Shown: one piece after another, positions 51,501 through 60,500 of the stretch
Position numbering within the stretch: the stretch's first letter is position 1
How the letters are laid out: each line of letters begins with the position of its first letter
Source of the DNA: Candidatus Omnitrophota bacterium
GTDB taxonomy: Bacteria; Omnitrophota; Omnitrophia; Omnitrophales; Aquincolibacteriaceae
Assembly: GCA_043803685.1 (NCBI GenBank)
Contig: JAZDJU010000123.1
Location: 14,673-78,672 of the forward strand
Direction of reading: 5' to 3'
Length of the DNA: 64,000 nucleotides
Position numbers and translations under genes: made by a program
Notes under the pieces: model-generated
The model's input: the letters and a program-made list of their open reading frames with translations, nothing else
Told to the model about the DNA's origin: nothing
Database searches by the model: none

Positions 51501-54500
51501 ACGCGGTCATGACGTATAAATTCCTTCTCTTGGGAAATACCTTGCGAATCCCGGACTTTCCGTTTCTCGATCCAATAGGAACGTCCTGCCTCCGCCCCCA
51601 ATTTCTCGCTCATCATGGCGATCAAATATTCCAGGGCATTGTCCGCCGAAACACTGCCGATCGAGATGCTGAAGAAACCTCGCGCCGTGGTTTCAAATTC
51701 GACAATTCCATACTCATTTCCCTCAAGACCCAACCTCCAGCCCAAATGCTTTAGGAACTCCGGAACTCTTTGTCCACCCAATCGTCGGCGATCGACAAGG
51801 ATATTGACGCCATGCCCAAAGTTCATGGCAGCAAGCATCTGATCTTCGTTTTTAAGGTAATCGACTTGATGAGGCTCAAGATACCGGTTGATCCGGACAA
51901 CCAGATAGCGATCCCTGAAGGCTTGTGTAAGCTCATGCACAACACTATCGAGATTTCTTGGATCAAATCCCTTCCTCGCAAGAAACGTGATCTCATCTCC
52001 GCCGGCTCCTCGATAGATCTTTAGCGCATATTTTTCGAGGATCGTCTTCCCCTCGTGCTCTCCTCGCTCCCTGAACCACTCCTTCCAGAATTCAAGGAAT
52101 GGAGATCCCTTGGGCGGAAAACGAAGATCCAGCGACTTCGCTTCTCCGATCACCCCGACAAGGGGCTTTCCGGATACAAGGTTCAGGGCACCACCCTTGT
52201 CAATATCGCCAACAATACTGTGCAGCTTGGACAGCTCAGAGACGGGACACATCTTTAAATCATTGATGAAATCGGTCTGACTAGCAAACTGCGTTCCCAA
52301 TTGATCCAATTTGATTTCAGAAACTGAAGAAGCCTCTTCAGAACGCATTTCGGACCGACGTGCTGCCGATTCTTTTCCCGAGTCGTCTCGAACTTCCGAG
52401 CGACGTTTGGGATCGCCCTTCTTGACGGGGGATACTCTCTGATTTTCAAGGCCCGTGTACCCTTTCCGCGAAAAACCTATGGCCTCGCTCAAGCTCCGTA
52501 TCGCACGGCTCACAAAATTCGTCTCCGCTGAAGCTCTTCTCCTTTTTGTGGAAAGCTCAGTTCTTAACACAATAGCACCGGCGATGAGCGGCCCCACAAA
52601 GAACAACCACATAACCGAGAATCCCGTCTTGGTGGAAGGATCAGACGCTTCGACCTTCGCTGGCGCCGTAGCCGCTTCTTGCTGGGGAATTTTCCCTTTT
52701 ACAACTACCTTCTTCTGAGCTTTCAGCACAACCTTTTCCGTTGCTGGCGCTGGCTCGACTTGGGGTGACGAAGCTACCTCAGCCGGAGATTTTCCCTCTT
52801 CTCCTCTGCCACTCTCAGACACAACAGGTTTCCGAAGCTCTTCAACATCCCGCTCCGCTAAAAGCAATCGCCGCACCGGCGTCTCGTGCTTCGATCCGCG
52901 ATAGAGTTTATAAAAGTTGAACGGGGAATCACGAAATTGAGAGAATTTCGTTTCCCCCTCCGCAGATTTTCTTCTTCCGGATTCGAGGTCGATCCGAAGC
53001 CGGTCCATTTTGATTAAAACCATCATCAGCGAAATATCGTTATCAAGCATGAGGCGAGCCAGCGCCAGACGAAGCATTTCGGGGTCCGCTTTTTGAGAAA
53101 CACTAATGAGCTGATCAAGGGTAATATTCACAGAATCTCTAAGACACCGATCCACAAAGGCTTTTTCTGCCTCATGGATATTGTTAAGAAAATGATCTTT
53201 TTTGAAATCGTACTTCAGATAATGAAATAGCGTCTCTTTGAATGTCTCAACCTCCACTTGCCCGAACCCGAGCCCCACAATAACCTTACCGCTTTTGGTC
53301 CTTTGGACCACATTCTCGAATCCCGATTCGATCTGCATGATGTACATGGCCAGATTGTGCATGGCCTTCCGCTCATTCTCTGGAAGCTCCGCATAGACCT
53401 TGTCAATGATCCTCGACAGATCCGCCGAAACTCTTTTCATGGTCACTTCTTTTCCCTCGCGATCCAGCTGAGCTTCCCTCTTCTCGGCCTTTTCAAGAAC
53501 AGCGCCCCGATCAAGAACCTTCAGCAAAAAAGTCCTTACATCCTTAGGCAGAGACGCCATCATCTCGATTTTTACCGAGCCCTTCGTAGCAGCGCCCATC
53601 GCGCCTGCATTGGCCGCATCAATCGAAACAAGCGATGCCGAAACAAGCAGCATGCCCGCCGCGATGAGCGCCCGAACCTTCGCCCCCATCCGCACCTCGG
53701 AACGACCGGCTGTTTCCGCTACCGCAACGGATTCTTCAATGCGGGTTTCTGGACGTAATGCCTGCGGAGTTTGGTAGAGGCTCAGGGATTCTTTTGCAAC
53801 ATCCCGCCCAAAGGGATCGGGATCATTCAGCTGTTCGGAGCGAAAAACTCCGGATTGAATAATCGCCTCTATTACTTTCAACGGATTCAGGAACTTTGTA
53901 AATGCCTGTTGAGTGTTGACATCTTGCTCTACACGACCATCCGTAACACCCAAACCGTGTCCCACGAACCATTCAGTATTGTGGAAATACAACGCAGCAA
54001 GAAACGCACGCTCAAAACCATGCATTTCAGAAACAGTCGGAAGATACTTTGCTGATTCCGTCTTCAGTGCGGATCCCCATGTTTCTCCTTCTCGATCAAT
54101 CGAATCCGGTTTTACCAATCTCTCTCCATTCAACGCCTTTCTCCTTTGATCTTCCACAAACTGAATCATATGTTCCCAAAACGCAGCTGCCGCCTCCACA
54201 GCATATCCGGGATCGGTTAAACGCCATGCGACCTCGGCATCGGACATATTGCCGGCATTCTTCCATCCCGTCGCTCTTCGTATCCACGCATCACGCATTC
54301 GAAAAGGACCCGACGTCGAATTCAGACCCAGCGCCATTCCGAAAAATGCGGCTATCTTCGCTGGAAATCTTTGCCGTCCTGCCCAGCCAGACAGCTGCCA
54401 CTTGGGAAGCCAATCTGCTCGTTTGCCTGCAATGCTCATCGCTTCTCGAAGGGTATATTTTCTCTCGAAGGCGCTCGCCAGAATGAGGCTGTAAACGAGA

Positions 54501-57500
54501 AGTTCCTTGGGTATCCCGTGGGCCTTTGCGCTTTTCACGACAGAGCCCAGGATCTCAGGCGACAATTTCCTGATTTCATCCATCATCGGCCGAAACTTTC
54601 CATCGAACTTCCCTGTCTTTGCTTGACGGACATCCTCTAACATCCTTTCAAAATCTCCGAGACTGTAAAAAACTTCGCGAAAGCGCCTGTAAACAACGTA
54701 TTGATTTTCGATTTCATTGTTCGCTTTTTCCATTTCCTCCTTAACTTCCGGACGCGGAGAATATATTTTTTGGCACCTATGATAAAATTCCCATTTATTC
54801 AACCTTGGAATATCGATGTCGGGAAAATATTTCCTGGCCAACAGGGTCTCAGCCTCAGAAAGTTGAACGTTTTTTCCCATGATCCCGTCAATAATTCCAC
54901 TGACCTGCCCCTTGACTTTCTTCGCATCCTCTTCTTCGCCGGATTCCGTCATACTTAAAACAATCCGGAGCGCTTGATATATAATCGGATAAATCGAGTA
55001 CAACTCTTTCTCTTCATATCGCGTGTTGCCGCTCATATCCAGGCCCTTCACCATGTTCAATAATTCTTCCCTGACAGCCGCCAGTTGCGACTCTTTTTGA
55101 TCGTTCTTCTCCAACCCGTAAGACTCTTCTATTTCCTCGATCTTCTTTCTAGCTTCACGAATCGTCTTTTCCAATTTTCGAATGAGTTCGGAATCCCGCT
55201 GAGGATTGAAACCGTACAGGCCGTAGGCCATCGCCATTTCGCCATCGACCCCAAGAATATCTTTCATGTTGTATTGAAACTGATCCTCAACCCGCTTCGC
55301 AACAAACGCCATGCCAATTGAACCCGATACCGCTGCACACCCTGCGAATATTGCAGCGCGTTTCAAAAATATTCTCCTCGAAGAATCGAAAGGACCATTC
55401 GCGACTATTCCTTTTACGACAGCCTTAATCCACCCGCCAAAGGCCTTAGCCCTCGAGACATCGTCCGGCAAACGCACCTCCGAACGAGTCATGGGACGTT
55501 GAGCCGCTCCAACTTCCGGCGCCGCTTCACTTTTAATCATCTGCAGAGCGGCGGCATAGATAAAGCTCATATCGTCCTGTGGGAATCCATATTTTTCTAT
55601 GCTCCGCGGCATGTGTGGCCTGATAAAATCCTTCACATCCTTCCAACTGCCCCAGGCCGATTCGGAGCCCAGATATTCAAGCAAATAATAAAGGACCGGG
55701 TTGGTTTCTGCCGCCTGCCCCGTTCCCGTGATTGCCATGGGGGCATTCTGAGGATTGGCCATGATAAGGGTATCCACATTATCGATCGAGCGGCAATGAC
55801 TGACAAGACGCATGCCTCCCACAACGCCTGGATAGTCCGTATTCCCTTTTTCACCCGCATGCCCTCGGCTGATCGTGATCGGAAAAGGGCTTTTCTTGAT
55901 ATTCTCAAGGTCCGAAAATAAATAAATTTCCACCCTCCGGCCTGTTGCCGGGAACTTTTTCACCAGCACTCCTCTCGCCCCCAGCTTTTTCAATGTCGCC
56001 GGATATTCCCCTGTTCCAGAAAGGTCCTCATAGCCGGAGAAATTCATGTAAAAACTGTTCACTTTCTTGCCATCCATGAAAATGCCAGGGAACTGCTGAT
56101 AGTGTGCCGCTTCACCGTCCTTACTCGTTGACCAGTAAAGCCCGACCCTCAGGCTGCCGTCAGGCCCAAGCCAATCCCGTTGAGGCCCCCGCCAGACCGG
56201 ATTGAGTGGCGGCAAAACAACATCTCGAACGACATCTGCGATCCTCGGATCTAATCCCTTGAGCAGACCATAATCCACCATGAGTCTCACCAGCAATTTC
56301 AACTGTTTGCTATCTTTCAGGTACTGTTCGACCTGCCTGAAAAAGGCATTTTTAAAATCGGCGTTTTTAAAATCAGACACAGCCGTGACCACCTTAGCGA
56401 ACAAGGCCGGCTTCTTCAGAAAAGCCTGCACATTTTCTTGCAAAAACACCTGATCTGCGAGCTGGGCCGGACTGTAAGCCAAGCCGTTCAACTCGCCCTC
56501 CAGCTTGCCGAAGATCGTCAACACAAATAAATAATTAGCTAAAAAACTCCTTCCAAACCGTTCACGGCTGAATCGGAAGACATCGGCAGCACCGTACTTG
56601 CGTATCAGATCATTCCGAAAGGCAGCCTGCAAAAGAGGAAAGCTGTGACTTGTCACCTCCTGGCTGAGAGCTAAAATGGGATAGAGCGCCTCCGGACTAC
56701 TGCGCAACCGGCTTGCGTACTTCGCCAGATACGCTTCGCCTCTGTTGAGATCCCGTTCAACTTCCAAATTCAGCACACGCAATATAAAAGAATCGATTTC
56801 GTAAACGCCGCTTCTGAGAACATTCTCCCATTTTGCGACGCTATCTCCGGAAGACGCGCCCAGCCGCTGACTGGCGATCTCGAAAAACCGGTAACCCGAC
56901 ATTTTAAAGAAATTTTCTGTGATCGTTCTGGCTATGGATGGCCTCTCTATGGATGGACTCTCCTGTTCAACGCGGGATGAGAACCATGCCAACGTGTCAA
57001 GCGATGGATGTTCTGCCAATGCAGGAATGATGTCGTAAAGGATCAAATCTGTGTCGCCGGCTTTCTTGGCCGAATCGTGCCACTCCATTAATCGGTCCCT
57101 GGCAGATCCAGTCCCAAGATTCCTGAGCCCTTGAACGACAAAATGCATCACGGTGCTTGTCTCATAGGGATCTCGACTCCATTCCAACAACCGTTCTTCG
57201 GCTTTATGGGAACCAAGGTCCGCAAGTCCATAAGCGGCCAGCTTTCTCACGTCCGGGCGAGGATCACGGCTTAATTCCATCAACCGTATCTCTGCTTCCG
57301 GTGTTTTTGTCTTGCCCAGCATTCGGGCAAATTCGCCCAGGACTTCAGGAGAACTCTCGCTATGACTCCATTCTATAAGCCTGGCAACAGCCTTGGCTGT
57401 TCTTTGCTGGACCAACCCATCAATGAGAGCTTTTTTCATATCAGGCGTTAATTTTTCATCATAACTCATTGTTAAAAGCCTTGCTTCCGCAGTAGGGCTC

Positions 57501-60500
57501 ACGAATCCACCCAGTGCTCGGATCGGTAAGAGGAGCGCTGCGCCTCGCTTTTCCTGGGTCCATTGGATCAGCACCCGTTCCGCCTGAGCGGTTCCCGCTT
57601 TGGCAAGCGCAGAGGGTAATTCGTACATAAAGTTCGGATTCGTGATCTTTCTGCACATTTCCAGCAAGAGATCATGGGCAGCCGGATTCTTCCTGGCCAA
57701 TATTCCTATAGCTGGGGCAACAATGGAGTGAGGTATGTTTTGATAAGCAAAATTTCTCTCATCCCGGGCGCCTGTCATGACCTCTTCCACAATACTTGGA
57801 GGTATCACCTTGGCGTTCTCCAAAGCCTTCGAGAAAGCTTCCATGGTGGAGTAGTTTAAATTCCATTCTGTCTTTATGATCTCCCTCAGGTACAGAAGGA
57901 TCGCTTCCGTTGGATTCTCGGCTATGGCGTCGTAGATCGCGCGAAGAATTACTTCGTCAGGAACACTTGCGGCCAAGGCTTTCGCTTCCTCAAAATTGAC
58001 CCATCCGTGCCGGATCAAGATCTTGACAGCCTGAGCCCTGGTCCAGACAAAGTGGGACTCCCTGAACACCTTTTGAAGGAACACCTGCACCTCTGTCCCG
58101 GAGACGCTCTTCTCACGAAGGCGTTTGTTCAAGCTTTCAAAATAAACCTCGGCTTCTTTCCTGCTCAAACCTTCAAGACGATCGAGCTCAAATTCGTTCG
58201 GTCCCAATGAACCGCCCGTTTGGGCTAAGACTGCCCTGGCGGGAGCAAAAACTCCCATCAGGGTGCCCCCCACAATCGACGCGAGCGTAAGGCCTAGAAA
58301 GGTTCTCCTGTTCATCTCCATGGCCGGATGGGTGTCGGCGGACATACCGGCCAGATTTCCAGCCGAAGCCGGGAACGCCGCAGGATCTTTTTTGGTGGGG
58401 ACTTCCAAAACAGGCTCTTCGTCCCGCACTTCGGAGCGTTGGATCGGACTGGACATTTCAGCAGTGGGAGCGACCGGAGCAACAACAGGTACCGCTGTCG
58501 GCGGTGCCGTCACGGCCGCCGGTGATTCCATACCAGGCAACACAGGAGGTGTCATCACGCGAATGTTGGGATCCAGACTCTGAATGAGAGCGACAAAGGA
58601 CGGCTTTGATTGACTCGCGCGGTCGAGCAGAGATGAGACGCTTTGGGCATTGAGGTCTTTCCTGGAAATGAGCTGCTTGAGGCCGTCGGTAAAAATATCG
58701 AGCTGGAATTCAAAGGTCTTCCAGATGCGCTCGAATGAATCTTTCTTAAACTTCTCGAGTTCCTTGCGGACAACGTCGAGGATCTCTTCCTTGGTGCGTA
58801 ACGGGGTCAGACCCCCTGCAGCATTTAAGGGGTCTGACCCCATTTTTTGAAGAACTTCATCGATGTAAGGCAGGTACTTCCCGACATCGGCGATCCTTCC
58901 CTGCGCGGCGAATTCACGGACCACGTTGTCGCGCCAAACCTTCAGGGTCATGACCCTATCCTGGATCGGCAGAGCCTCAACCATTTTTCTTGCCGCATCG
59001 CGCATCAAAGCATCAAAATAGGTGGTCTTTAAGCCCTCTTTGAATGAGACATCGCCTTTCATGACCTTGGCATAGTTTTCCTGGCCCGCAAGCGAAGCGA
59101 TCTTCGGCGCCACTACGGCATAAGCGACGCCTTTTTCCTTGAGAAGACGTTCGAGGCCCTGGGTATGAAATCCTCCGGCGACAACCGCAACAGTTCGGGG
59201 TCCCGAGTTCGGAGTTCGGGAGGGTTCTTTGTTTATTAAGAGCATGATATTTTTGAAGAAGGCCTGGTCACGTTCGAGAGCCACCTTGTAGAATTCCAAC
59301 GCGGAGGCAAGGTCCCGCTTGAACTCAGGGTCTGCGATAAGACCCAGATAAGAGTCCGGCTCTTTCTGATAGCTCGCGAAATCCTCGTGGATGAGCTCGA
59401 GTGAGATCATTTCTTTCAGGAGAAAGAGCTTCCGGTATTTTTCCGCGATTTCCCGCTCGGCCGGCGTCTTGATGAGGCTCGATTCCACCTGGGAGAGAAA
59501 GCCCTGAAGCTCATCGCCCAGCCGACTGCCCTTGATCTCGGAAAGAAGCTCCGCATGCCCAAGCATCCTTTTGAGAGCCGGGGAAAGTTTTACGGCCTTG
59601 CCGCTCTCATCCCCCAGCTGAACCAGATATTGGAGCATTTGTCCGGGCGTGATCTGACCGGTCATAAAAGCCTGATAGCGGTTGTAAAAGTTCATTTCGG
59701 TCTTCACGCCGAGCCCGCGCAAATACTTCGCCTTGAATTCGTCGGCGATCTTGCGAACAAGAGACGCTAGAGCTCCCGACTTCCCCGACCCTTCATATCC
59801 GATCGATTCCAACAGCTTGGGAAGCTCTTGATATTTCGGGGTTGTCTTCAAAAGATCTTTGAACTTGGAGAGATAGATCAAAAGATCGAGAAGCGATGCG
59901 CGCTCGACGAGAAAATTCTCCCGTATCTCCTCAAATTCGTTCAGCGCGGGGGCATAGACCTTGGCACGTTCGCCGTCGAGCGTTTGCTTGAATGTGTTCC
60001 ATCGGGCAAGTAGTGAAGGCTTCTTTTCTTGCGCCCGCAGATACGCGAAGTAATTCTTTTCATAGAGCCCCCAGTCTTCCATGCCGCGATATTCTCCAGC
60101 CTTTTCCTCCAACACAGCGGCCATCTCGGGCCCGGTGAGCTCCGCCTTTTTTTCATAACCCGCCAGGATCTTTCGCTTCACGCTAGGTTCCGGGAATGTT
60201 CTGAGCAGAACGGGCTCGAGCCGCCCCTTGGCGCCTTCAAGCGCTGTGAGGCGGACGTCATAATTTGTACGGAGATGTCCGAGGATCTTTGCGATATTCT
60301 GCTGAGCATCGATCACCGCGTGGGCATCTTGAATGAGAATAACCAGCCGGTCTGGGCCGGCTGAAGACTGAAGACTGGAGACCGAAGACTGAAGACTCTT
60401 TTCACCATCATTTTGTTGAGACGTGTTTTGGCTTTCAAGTCTCTGGTCTGTAGTCTGCTGTCTGTGGTCTTTCAGCGGAAACGAAGTTTCCGTGATCGTT

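Noticed and set aside
40142..58438. RSExR sites as DNA recombination sites (attC-like or shufflon)
   Set aside because: The nucleotide sequence varies at synonymous positions and shows no palindromic structure; conservation is at peptide level. A secondary role as microhomology cannot be excluded.
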